Origin: Crocinitomicaceae bacterium
GTDB lineage: Bacteria; Bacteroidota; Bacteroidia; Flavobacteriales_D; Crocinitomicaceae
Assembly: GCA_965247975.1 (NCBI GenBank)
Contig: OZ252050.1
Span: 420,555-484,554, forward strand
Length of the DNA stretch: 64,000 nucleotides
Direction of reading: 5' to 3'
Positions within the stretch are counted from its first letter, which is position 1. Every line of letters begins with the position of its first letter. The notes under the pieces are model-generated. The model searched no databases. It was given only the letters and a program-made list of their open reading frames with translations, and was not told the DNA's origin. The translations under genes and the position numbers were made by a program. Of the stretch, positions 28,453 to 37,795 are shown piece after piece.

Positions 28453-29439
28453 ATGAGAGTTGCTGTTGTTGGAGCCACGGGAATGGTTGGTTCAATCATG
28501 TTGAAAGTGTTGCGGGAAGAAAATTTTCCAATCACCGAATTAATTCCTGTTGCATCTGAAAAATCTGTTGGAACAAAAATTGATTTTGGTGGAAACGAAT
28601 ATACCGTCGTGGGACTTGAAACAGCAGTAAACATGCGCCCTGACATTGCGATTTTTTCGGCAGGTGGAGAAACTTCCTTGGCTTGGGCACCGAAATTTGC
28701 AGAAGTTGGAACAACGGTGATTGACAACTCTTCAGCATGGAGAATGGATCCAGACAAAAAATTAATTGTACCAGAAATTAACGGTCACTTAATAGAAAAA
28801 TCAGATAAAATTATTGCAAATCCAAATTGCAGCACAATACAACTCGTACTCGCTTTGTTGCCTTTACATAAAAAATATACCGTAAAACGAGTAGTAGTTT
28901 CTACCTATCAATCCATCACTGGAACAGGAGTGAAAGCAGTTCAACAAATGGAAAATGAGCGTGCATCAATTGATGGAGAAATGGCTTATGCTTATCCGAT
29001 TGATAAAAATTGTATTCCGCATTGTGATTCATTTTTAGACAATGGTTACACCAAAGAAGAGATGAAACTTTCCAACGAAACAAAGAAGATTTTAGATCCG
29101 AATATTTTGGTGACTGCTACTGCGGTTCGAGTGCCTGTCGTTGGAGGTCATTCCGAGGCTGTGAATGTTGAATTTGAAAATGATTTTGACTTGGCAGAAG
29201 TACGCCAGTTATTGCACAATCAAGCTGGAATTACCTTAAAGGATGATCCAACAACAAATTCGTACCCCATGCCGAAATATGCGGAAGGAAAGAACGATGT
29301 TTTTGTTGGTCGCATCCGTAGAGATGAAACTCAAGCAAATACCTTGAACATGTGGGTGGTTGCTGATAATTTGCGCAAAGGTGCGGCGACAAATGCCGTT
29401 CAAATTGCTAAATTGTTGTTGGATAAAGGATTGGTTTAA
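28453..29439 (+). CDS. asd: Aspartate-semialdehyde dehydrogenase
   Basis: VVGATGMVG, IDNSSAWRM, IANPNCSTIQ, GHSE, DNLRKGAATNAVQI. Confidence 0.97.
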   Translation: MRVAVVGATGMVGSIMLKVLREENFPITELIPVASEKSVGTKIDFGGNEYTVVGLETAVNMRPDIAIFSAGGETSLAWAPKFAEVGTTVIDNSSAWRMDPDKKLIVPEINGHLIEKSDKIIANPNCSTIQLVLALLPLHKKYTVKRVVVSTYQSITGTGVKAVQQMENERASIDGEMAYAYPIDKNCIPHCDSFLDNGYTKEEMKLSNETKKILDPNILVTATAVRVPVVGGHSEAVNVEFENDFDLAEVRQLLHNQAGITLKDDPTTNSYPMPKYAEGKNDVFVGRIRRDETQANTLNMWVVADNLRKGAATNAVQIAKLLLDKGLV

Positions 29440-29442
29440 AGA

Positions 29443-30936
29443 CTATTCGATGACTATCTTTTTCGACAAGACTTCACCAGAGGACATTGTCAATTGAAGC
29501 ACGTAAACACCAGGTAGTTTAGTTTTGAGAATCACTCTACTTTCATCATCGAAACGATCAAAAACACAATTTTTTCCGTCTAGACTAACTAAGTTATATG
29601 CTAACACGTTTTCCTTTGTTTGAATTATGATTTCACCATTTGATGGGTTTGGATATACATAGAATTTTGGCTCGTGAATCTCATCAGATAATCCCAAGCC
29701 ATTAGTAAATTCAAAAGCACCGATGTCCATGCCGAGTCCAATATTACTTCTAAGACCCAAAGGCAATGAAAAATCAACGTATTGATTGTAAGGCGTCAAC
29801 GGATACATGGTGTTGGTTGTGCCTGGAGGCGTAGCTTGATCAATGGCCGCTGTAGAACCACTTGTTAAGTGAAAATTATCGTTTGGACCATCTAGAAAAT
29901 TCAAATTCAAATAATTCGTAGCATAGACATTTTTCATGGAATCAAGAACAGCAGGAGTGTTGGCGCCAAACCAAGCATTGGATGCACCTGGTGCGGACGC
30001 AAAAATGTTGTTGTACACTTTAAACGCATTGATGCCACTACTTGGCGTAATGTTAAATAAGCGCACATTTCCAACGAAACGATTGATCACCGTGTTGTTC
30101 ACAAAATAGAAATTTTGCATTGGATTGGTCACAGCATCATAACGAACAATCGAATGATTTGCTCCGGATGCTCCTTGAATAAACACATTTCCAATTACAA
30201 CACACAAACCTCCTTGGGCAATGTTGAGTTCATAACTTCCATATCCAGTGCTTCCTTCATCAATGAAATTGTATTCGATGTAATTCATCAACGCCCTTGT
30301 TTTGATTGAGTTTGCTTGTCCGCGTGGATGATGCAAATAGCAATTGCGTAGCGTAAAAACGGTTGTGCTTGCGCCTATGTACAAGTGATGCTCATAGCCC
30401 GAATGCGTTGGGTCGTCAGGCAGTTGATACCCATTGTTGTCAAATTCAGAATTTTCGATGAGAACTTCACTACCTATTACGCTGCCATTGCCTTCCAAAA
30501 TTCCATTCTGGCAATTCATGAATTTACAATCTCTAACCGTTAGGTTTCGCGCTTGAAAGCGAATTCCTGCCCCATTTGCACCATCTGCATCAGATACTTG
30601 AGCTCCATCAAATACGATGTTTATGATCGTTGGATTGTCGGAATCAACTGGAATTTCGAAGACAAAAATCCCTTTTCCATTTGGTATATCGCCTGAATAT
30701 CGAAGAATTGTTCGATTGGCTAATGTTCCTAGCCCGATGAATGTCAAATTTTTCTTTGTCCATTTCGATGCATCGTTCAAATAAACACCACCTGCAATTA
30801 GAATCGAATCGCCATCTTCCACTAAATTCACCAGCTGACTTGGCAATGTGTAGGTTTCCGTTGGACCAACATTCCACGTAGTTGCAAACGAAATTGGCGC
30901 TGAAAGCAATGCTAAAAGGACAAAATAAGTTTTCAT
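29443..30936 (-). CDS. T9SS-secreted right-handed beta-helix (pectin-lyase fold) protein
   Basis: Signal peptide; NGAGIRFQ, NCQNGIL and HHLYIG beta-helix motifs; DIGAFE; C-terminal VYPNPSNG CTD. Confidence 0.75.
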   Translation of the reverse strand: MKTYFVLLALLSAPISFATTWNVGPTETYTLPSQLVNLVEDGDSILIAGGVYLNDASKWTKKNLTFIGLGTLANRTILRYSGDIPNGKGIFVFEIPVDSDNPTIINIVFDGAQVSDADGANGAGIRFQARNLTVRDCKFMNCQNGILEGNGSVIGSEVLIENSEFDNNGYQLPDDPTHSGYEHHLYIGASTTVFTLRNCYLHHPRGQANSIKTRALMNYIEYNFIDEGSTGYGSYELNIAQGGLCVVIGNVFIQGASGANHSIVRYDAVTNPMQNFYFVNNTVINRFVGNVRLFNITPSSGINAFKVYNNIFASAPGASNAWFGANTPAVLDSMKNVYATNYLNLNFLDGPNDNFHLTSGSTAAIDQATPPGTTNTMYPLTPYNQYVDFSLPLGLRSNIGLGMDIGAFEFTNGLGLSDEIHEPKFYVYPNPSNGEIIIQTKENVLAYNLVSLDGKNCVFDRFDDESRVILKTKLPGVYVLQLTMSSGEVLSKKIVIE

Positions 30937-31160
30937 GGCAAAATTTTGATTTTTGATAAAGGTAAGGAAGATTGTTGGTTTTTGATGTTATTACAATTTG
31001 GGAGGGCTTTCGGTATGTATCGATTTTTCATTAAAGTATAGACAATTTAGCAAACAGAGAAGTATTGTTCAAGAATTCTCTGAAATGATAAAAAGGTCGG
31101 GTTATTAATCATAATTTTTGGAGACGAATCTCTATACACCAATTCATTTGACGCATGTGG

Positions 31161-32735
31161 TTAATTTTGGATCACTCCATGGATGTATTCAGATTCTTTA
31201 CCATTGTCGAGCCAAACACCCTCCATATCTCCGTTTTCAAATTTCCCTTGAATTACAATTTTCCCTTTCTCGTTCCATTCAATATATTCACCATGTTTTT
31301 TTCCATTGAAAAAGAAAGTTGACGATTTTGGCTTCCCAGAACTATGGTACTTTTTGAATTCTCCTTGTTTCTTTCCTTTATCGTATGAACCTTCTTCTTC
31401 TAACTTACCAATGGAATTATAAGATTCGTATCTTCCATGACGTTGGTCATTTTCATAATTTTGAAGTTCTTTTATAAGGTCAGCAGACCAGAATTCTTTG
31501 TGCACGCCATGTAGCTTACCTTGCGCATAGTGACTTTCAACCGAAATACTGCCATTCTTCTTGTATTCTGTGTATGCCCCATGCTTTAGCGTACCTAGCA
31601 TTTCAGTTTTTTTTGCAATCGTCACAGTTTCATAATCATAATACTCAAAAGCTGTCCATTCTCCTTCAATACCACATTGTGTGCGAGATTTTAGGTTTCC
31701 TGATTCATAATATTCTAAACATTCTCCTGCAATACCATGCAGTTTACGAGATTTTAAAATCCCTGATTTATAATATTCTAGCCATTCTCCTTTTAAATTG
31801 CCATGCTCGAACGTGTGAATAGAAGCTATTTGTCCTGGAACGTTTGTAAAGTATTCAATTTTGGGTCCGTGTTCTTTGCCATTATTGTCATACGTAATTT
31901 GTTTACTTACTTTCCCTGCTTTGAAATTGCGCTCCAATACTATCTTTTTGTTTTTATACATGTAGAAAGTTGAGGTGTCTCCTTGTGCGTCAAAGGTAAT
32001 TTCAGGACCATTTTGAACGTCCATTTCATAAGTGGTGACACTTGCTAGCCTACCGTCCTGATCATATTGTTTCAATTCTCCGTGCCTCTTATTTTCTACG
32101 TAAAATTCTTCGATGGATTTTGTACCATTCGTGCCGTATTTAATAAATGCACCATCCTTTAAGTCATTTTTCCAGTTTTCTTCAGAAATTTGAGATCCAC
32201 TTTCATGAAAGTTTGAATTTGTGCCATTTTTCTTTCCATTCGAATAATGCGTTTTTGTTTTTATTTGCCCATTCTTATAGTATTCTGAAACTAAACCTTC
32301 TAATTTATCATTTACAAATGTACTTTGCGCTTCCATTGTGCCGTCCTCATAGAACCAAGTGACTGGACCTTGAGCTTTTCCGTCTGCATCGTGATTAATT
32401 TCTCCATGAGGCTTCCCTGATGGGTGATAAAACTTGAATGTTCCTTGTGGCTTGCCTTTTATGTACATGCCAACAGATTCAAGCGAACCTCCAATAAAAA
32501 AGGTTTTCCATTCACCTACCCGTAAGCCATTTTCAGAGCGACCCTGAGCACAACGAACAGATTCGTTAAACCAACTATACACTTCTCCAGAATAGGGCGC
32601 CTTCGCTTCATTTACAAAAATTCCATTTTCTAATTGTGTCAATTCCATTCCACTACCATCGGCATTGCTCGAACTCCAACAGTTTTGCCCAAAACTTTGA
32701 AAGCTAATTAGAAAGATGATTAAACTTAATCTCAT
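31161..32735 (-). CDS. Exported MORN-variant (YwqK-like) repeat protein
   Basis: Signal peptide; many G-x-x-x-x-Y-x-x-(N/S)-G repeats (e.g. EGLVSEYYKNGQIK, HGAYTEYKKNG). Confidence 0.8.
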   Translation of the reverse strand: MRLSLIIFLISFQSFGQNCWSSSNADGSGMELTQLENGIFVNEAKAPYSGEVYSWFNESVRCAQGRSENGLRVGEWKTFFIGGSLESVGMYIKGKPQGTFKFYHPSGKPHGEINHDADGKAQGPVTWFYEDGTMEAQSTFVNDKLEGLVSEYYKNGQIKTKTHYSNGKKNGTNSNFHESGSQISEENWKNDLKDGAFIKYGTNGTKSIEEFYVENKRHGELKQYDQDGRLASVTTYEMDVQNGPEITFDAQGDTSTFYMYKNKKIVLERNFKAGKVSKQITYDNNGKEHGPKIEYFTNVPGQIASIHTFEHGNLKGEWLEYYKSGILKSRKLHGIAGECLEYYESGNLKSRTQCGIEGEWTAFEYYDYETVTIAKKTEMLGTLKHGAYTEYKKNGSISVESHYAQGKLHGVHKEFWSADLIKELQNYENDQRHGRYESYNSIGKLEEEGSYDKGKKQGEFKKYHSSGKPKSSTFFFNGKKHGEYIEWNEKGKIVIQGKFENGDMEGVWLDNGKESEYIHGVIQN

Positions 32736-32811
32736 GTTCGTTTTATTTTGTTTTCCTTCTCTATTAATGTATTTGATAGAAATTGGTCACGATCCGTTTT
32801 GATTTATATTT

Positions 32812-34425
32812 TTAATTCAATGAATATACCGCCCAATGTGAAACCTTATTTTCAGAAGTAAAGAATATGATTTTCGATTGAGCATAATACAATAACATTC
32901 CATTTCGTGTTGCCAATTGAATTGTTGGAGTGCCATATTTTTGAGTTACTTTTTTAATTTCTGTGCCAATCGTAATTCCTAATGCTGATTCTCCTTGATA
33001 ATTTTTGGAACACGTTTGAAAAAAAAGTTCTTCATCGCTAGATGTTGTTAGATTTAGAATGCTTGAATTAGAAAGCTGTAATGTGTAGCAAGACCCTTTA
33101 TGCAAGGCAATTTCATCGAGTTCCATGCCATCGAGATTGGATAAAAAATCGTTGATGCCGTCAAGCGTCTCCTTTTTTTGAGTCATTTCCGAAGCATTCA
33201 TTTCCGATGCTGGTTTTATCCATTCAATACTTTCTATTCGTCTCCCGCCAACAACTTCTAGGTTCACACCGCACAAATAATTATTGTACTCCGTCTTGCC
33301 AGAAATTAACTTAGCTTTTGCTTCCTTCACATCTCCTATTTGGTGATGGATAATACCTAAAATACAAATCGCATTTCCAGCTGTTGCTGTTTCCATGTTT
33401 TCTTGTGCTATTTGTAGCCCTTTCTTTGCAAAATATTCCGCATCCACTAGTTGCTTCAACAATGAAAAAACACAGGCTTTATTGACATAGGCTGTAGCAT
33501 AAGAGGCGTCAAAGCGTATGGCTTGCTCAAATTTCTCACTAGCGTTTTCAAGAAGTTCTTTGATGTTACTGGTAAAACCTTTGTTTGCTGATTTTATTCG
33601 GGTCTCTACATCAAGTTCAATAGGATAAGCGTAGATTACTTCTTTGTGTCCTAACAATGCGGCTGCTTCTAAGAAATTAGCAACTCCAATATTATTAAAA
33701 ACCTCACGACTTGTAAAACCGTTATTTAGGCAATGTTCTAGACATTTGCGAGCTTCCTCATATTTTCCAATAATCAAGGCATAAGTTCCAGCCTCATAGA
33801 CTTGAATGAGCTTTTTTATTTGTTCATCGTTTTGCTTTGAAATTTCAATGCGCTGATTCAAAGAAGGATAACGACTATTTTCTTCTGGTAAATTATAAGC
33901 TGCATAAATCTTTGGAAGCAATAGGCTACCAATTCCTTCAACATTGTAACCTGCCAAGTAGCAGTAAACACCGCCCATTTGATCTGCTTGTGTCTCGTAA
34001 AATTTCAATTCGCCCATTTTTTGAGAAGCTTCGGCAATTTCTTCTTGAATATCGGAAATGGCAAAGGAGGATGCGAATTCATTTCCCCAATGATGGTCGT
34101 AACGAAAGTGACCTAATTCGTGAGCAATTAAAAAAGCGAGCGCATTTTTGGCATTATCGCCAAGTGTGAAGCACAAATCAAATGCTTTTTCTTCCACAGC
34201 AATCGTTTTACTTCCGTCTTTGTTTTTTTTCAAATAAGCAACACTTCGTGAACGTTTAGTATCCAATTGCAAGCTAGGACGGTTGTCATTTATTCCCATT
34301 GCACTGTAAATATTTAGGTAAACTTCCTTCAAAATGGTCAATTTTTCTTCTTGGGTCATTTCGATTGCTCCAGCCTGAGTGGATGTAAAAAAAGTAACAA
34401 AAAGCAAAGAAATCAGTGTTTTCAT
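32812..34425 (-). CDS. M48-family metallopeptidase with TPR repeats
   Basis: Signal peptide; AHELGH, ETQADQMG, YPSLNQRI; TPR-like helices (FEQAIRFDASYATAYVNKA). Confidence 0.8.
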   Translation of the reverse strand: MKTLISLLFVTFFTSTQAGAIEMTQEEKLTILKEVYLNIYSAMGINDNRPSLQLDTKRSRSVAYLKKNKDGSKTIAVEEKAFDLCFTLGDNAKNALAFLIAHELGHFRYDHHWGNEFASSFAISDIQEEIAEASQKMGELKFYETQADQMGGVYCYLAGYNVEGIGSLLLPKIYAAYNLPEENSRYPSLNQRIEISKQNDEQIKKLIQVYEAGTYALIIGKYEEARKCLEHCLNNGFTSREVFNNIGVANFLEAAALLGHKEVIYAYPIELDVETRIKSANKGFTSNIKELLENASEKFEQAIRFDASYATAYVNKACVFSLLKQLVDAEYFAKKGLQIAQENMETATAGNAICILGIIHHQIGDVKEAKAKLISGKTEYNNYLCGVNLEVVGGRRIESIEWIKPASEMNASEMTQKKETLDGINDFLSNLDGMELDEIALHKGSCYTLQLSNSSILNLTTSSDEELFFQTCSKNYQGESALGITIGTEIKKVTQKYGTPTIQLATRNGMLLYYAQSKIIFFTSENKVSHWAVYSLN

Positions 34426-34427
34426 AG

Positions 34428-37400
34428 TTAATAGATATTATAATCCAATTGTGAATTTTCAATACGTACGGTTGGCGTCTGTTTGCCATTCGTTAATTCA
34501 GTAACCCGACTAAATAAATAAGTTTTAAGTTCCGAAACTGAAATAAATTGATCCATATTTTGATCCGCTTTCCGTTCGATGAGCCCTTCTTTCATGGCAA
34601 ATGTAAAGACTCCATTTTTCCAGATTGGGCTTTCCAATGAAAATTCCTTTCCTGCCGATGATGCGATGATCGTTGCTCCACTTTCTTTTCTCAGTTCAAC
34701 GAAAAGTTCTTGCATCAACTCAAAGGTATTTCCGACACCAATTATTTTTTTTCCTTTTGCTGCAAATTCCTTTGATGTAATGGTTTTATCTTCTTCAACC
34801 TGTGCTGCCAATACAGTTGGCTGTTTAACTTCGTCCTTGTCCAATTCTCCTGAATGACAAGCATCTACAAAGATCAATCTATTTCTTGCTGGAATGCCAT
34901 CAATTAAATCCTTGAAGTCATCAAAGTTTAGCCCGCGGAGGTTAGGTTGCTCAAATTGAACATCGTATGTCGATAAAAAATAGTTGAGTTGCTCGTCTAA
35001 TAATCCGTGACCTGAAAAGAACAAAATTACATGATCATTTGGGCGCGATTCAAGGAGTTTGGCTTTAGCGGATAAAATACTTTCTTTATTCGCATTTTCA
35101 TTGGTGAAAAGTTGAACATACGTATTGTTGAACAAGACATTTTTTCCTTTTTTATCCTTAAATAGCTCACAAAAATCTTCAGCATCTTTATGGGAATAGG
35201 TTAAATTCATGCTGGAATCTTTGAATTGACTTACACCAATTGCTAGGATGTATAAGTCAGGCTTTGAGTCAGGTTTTTTGCACTCAATCGTGGCACTTTT
35301 TCTTAGACTTTCAATTCCTGCAGTATTCATGAGCGATACTTGAATGGTGTTTTTTCCAAAAACCAAAGGAATTTCAATCGTTTGTTTGAAGGTTTTTTGT
35401 GTATTACTTTTCAGTTTTAATCCTTGTTTTCCGTGAATGGGCACGTCATTAACAGAAACAAGAAGTCTGTCAAGCGGTAAGTTTGCCGATGTGCCACTTA
35501 AAGAAATTGTGATGCTTGAAGTTGCTACTTCGAGCGGTAATTTCTCCACCGATTCTATAACTATTTCAGGCGCATCGAAAGACATAGTTGAAATATCATC
35601 AGAAAAGCCCATTCGCTTGAGTCGCTTTTGGTAGGCATTGTAATACATTTCTATTAAATTTTCCGAAGCGAAACCTAGATTTTCGAGCACTTTGTCGGGT
35701 CGATTGAAACGCAGGTCGAACTGATCAAAGGTGTATAATTCTCCGCGCTGACGAAATGCCACATTTTTTATGTTTCCTTTTGATGATTTGTAAAATCCTT
35801 CTGGAGTTGTTATAATGTAATCATCTTCGTTAAATGATAGAAAGGAAGCTTTTGCCTTACAATCGTCGATGTTCCAAATAATGATAAGGCCATTTTCATC
35901 AATGGAATACAATTGATTGTTACTATCAAAAACAAGATTTGAAACGTGGGAGGAATGTCCGGTCAATTCACATACTAATTCCTTTGTTTTCCAATCGTAA
36001 ACATGCACATAAGCAATACCTGCACTTGATTTGACACCCGAAAGTGCAATAAGCGATTTATCTGGACTGATTGCTCCTCCAAAGGTGGAAAAGCCTTCGA
36101 AATCTAGTTTTTCTACTGTAATTTCCCCTGTATTGCAATCAATGGATTGAAGACCTTCACGCGTGGTTCCAATGACTTTGTGATCATTCGCAAGAAAAAC
36201 ACGATTGCTATACAAAAATGAAATATTGTATTGTTTTTCCGCTTTTGAATTTCCATCCATTAACGGGAAGACTTTGATTCCTTGTCCTGAAATAACAATT
36301 AAGTCTTCTTCATTTTCGCTAAAAATGAGACGATCAGCTTCATTAAGGAAGCTTTCTTTAGTCAAAACCTCCTTGCCAGCAACAATGTCCCAAACACGAA
36401 TATATTCTTGAATGCCCGTTAGGGTTAAATTCTTGTCGAATAGTGTTTTTTGGTCGATGATAGCGAGATATTTACCACTGGACGATGTTGCCATCGAAGT
36501 TACAGATCCATACAAATCAAACGATTTATTTTTTCTAAACCATGGAGCTTGGTGCACATCAAGTTTTGGTTGGTTTTTAACAGAGTAATTTGGTAAAACC
36601 AAATTCCGCGCCTCGTATCCGAAATACGCACTACCCGGAAAAAATGCTTTTTGGCTGCCTTTGCTCAAATCGAAACATTTAATTCCTAGTTGGGTGCCAT
36701 AACCACCCAAAATTAGCATATTACTTTCGCGATCAACCATTAATGAAGAGGCTGGCTTTTGTTCGCCAGAATAGTTACCCAACGGTTTCATGCTTTTTGA
36801 ATTGAACCATTCGATCGAATACTTAATTTTCCCATCCGTTATGTCGCTATATGCAAACGCAATCATATCGCCCTTGCTATTGTAAGAAATTGAACTTATA
36901 TACGAAGACATAGAGAATGACACGTCTTCAGGGCTAAGGTCTTTGATTTCTCTTGTTTTTTTTCCACTATTGAGATCCCAAAACCGAACCGTGTTGTCAC
37001 TTCCAGCGCTTACCAACTCATTATTGTTTGGGCTAGTCACGATAACACTCTTTGGATTAATTTGAATAGCATGTTCCAATTTTTTCGATTGAACATCAAT
37101 GATTGAAACTTCACCAGGTTTATTCTCCAGAATAATCTTTTTGCCGTTTGCCGTGGCTTGAATATTGCCGCTAAAAAGGGTAATATCCATCGCGATGAAA
37201 TCGCTTATTTTCTTATCCAAAAGAGAATAAAATCCAAGTCCAGTGATTTCGTTTTCATTCGTTATTGGAGCTACTAGCGTGTTATTGTTGGGTAAAATTG
37301 TAAACGAAGAAATATTTTCTATCCAATGAAACGTTTTCACTAACTTTCCCGATTCAATACTATATGCTTCTGGATAATCTTCGCCTCTAATCACGATGAG

Positions 37401-37793
37401 CCCATCTGAGGTAAGATGGAAAAATCCTGCTAAGTTATCTGAATCAAGGTCTATTGTGTGAATGAGTTTTCCTTCAGGATGGGAATGAACGAGTAGTGTA
37501 CTTTCACCGCAAAGTGATACAATGTATTTGTTATTATGAGAAAATTTCACGCGCTTAATTTTTGCTGGAAATCCAACCAAGGTGTTTAATTCCTGTTGCA
37601 TGGTTAGGTTGTAAATTTTTACCACATTGTCCAAACCGCTGCTAACAATGAACTTACCATTCGGGCTGATGTCCACACATGTCACAGGTTGATTATGCCC
37701 TTGGGAGACTATTAACGTTGGCGTTTCTTGTGCAGATAAATCAGCAACAAAAATTAAAACTGTGAAGAGGTTGCATAGTTGCTTCACGAGCAA
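34428..37793 (-). CDS. WD40-repeat protein with a C-terminal caspase-like (C14) domain
   Basis: GH...VDISPNGKFIVSSGLDNVVKIY WD40 repeats; LYILAIGVS, FFSGHG and VDACHSG catalytic His/Cys; NGVFT; QTP. Confidence 0.88.
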   Translation of the reverse strand: MLVKQLCNLFTVLIFVADLSAQETPTLIVSQGHNQPVTCVDISPNGKFIVSSGLDNVVKIYNLTMQQELNTLVGFPAKIKRVKFSHNNKYIVSLCGESTLLVHSHPEGKLIHTIDLDSDNLAGFFHLTSDGLIVIRGEDYPEAYSIESGKLVKTFHWIENISSFTILPNNNTLVAPITNENEITGLGFYSLLDKKISDFIAMDITLFSGNIQATANGKKIILENKPGEVSIIDVQSKKLEHAIQINPKSVIVTSPNNNELVSAGSDNTVRFWDLNSGKKTREIKDLSPEDVSFSMSSYISSISYNSKGDMIAFAYSDITDGKIKYSIEWFNSKSMKPLGNYSGEQKPASSLMVDRESNMLILGGYGTQLGIKCFDLSKGSQKAFFPGSAYFGYEARNLVLPNYSVKNQPKLDVHQAPWFRKNKSFDLYGSVTSMATSSSGKYLAIIDQKTLFDKNLTLTGIQEYIRVWDIVAGKEVLTKESFLNEADRLIFSENEEDLIVISGQGIKVFPLMDGNSKAEKQYNISFLYSNRVFLANDHKVIGTTREGLQSIDCNTGEITVEKLDFEGFSTFGGAISPDKSLIALSGVKSSAGIAYVHVYDWKTKELVCELTGHSSHVSNLVFDSNNQLYSIDENGLIIIWNIDDCKAKASFLSFNEDDYIITTPEGFYKSSKGNIKNVAFRQRGELYTFDQFDLRFNRPDKVLENLGFASENLIEMYYNAYQKRLKRMGFSDDISTMSFDAPEIVIESVEKLPLEVATSSITISLSGTSANLPLDRLLVSVNDVPIHGKQGLKLKSNTQKTFKQTIEIPLVFGKNTIQVSLMNTAGIESLRKSATIECKKPDSKPDLYILAIGVSQFKDSSMNLTYSHKDAEDFCELFKDKKGKNVLFNNTYVQLFTNENANKESILSAKAKLLESRPNDHVILFFSGHGLLDEQLNYFLSTYDVQFEQPNLRGLNFDDFKDLIDGIPARNRLIFVDACHSGELDKDEVKQPTVLAAQVEEDKTITSKEFAAKGKKIIGVGNTFELMQELFVELRKESGATIIASSAGKEFSLESPIWKNGVFTFAMKEGLIERKADQNMDQFISVSELKTYLFSRVTELTNGKQTPTVRIENSQLDYNIY

Positions 37794-37795
37794 AA

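Noticed and set aside
28392-28757. N-terminal extension of the lamin-tail protein (982 aa in the ORF track)
   Set aside because: It is antisense to asd; a signal peptide starts at 28391
31161-32735. YwqK-type antitoxin of a toxin-antitoxin pair
   Set aside because: Only generic MORN-variant repeats and a signal peptide, with no adjacent toxin
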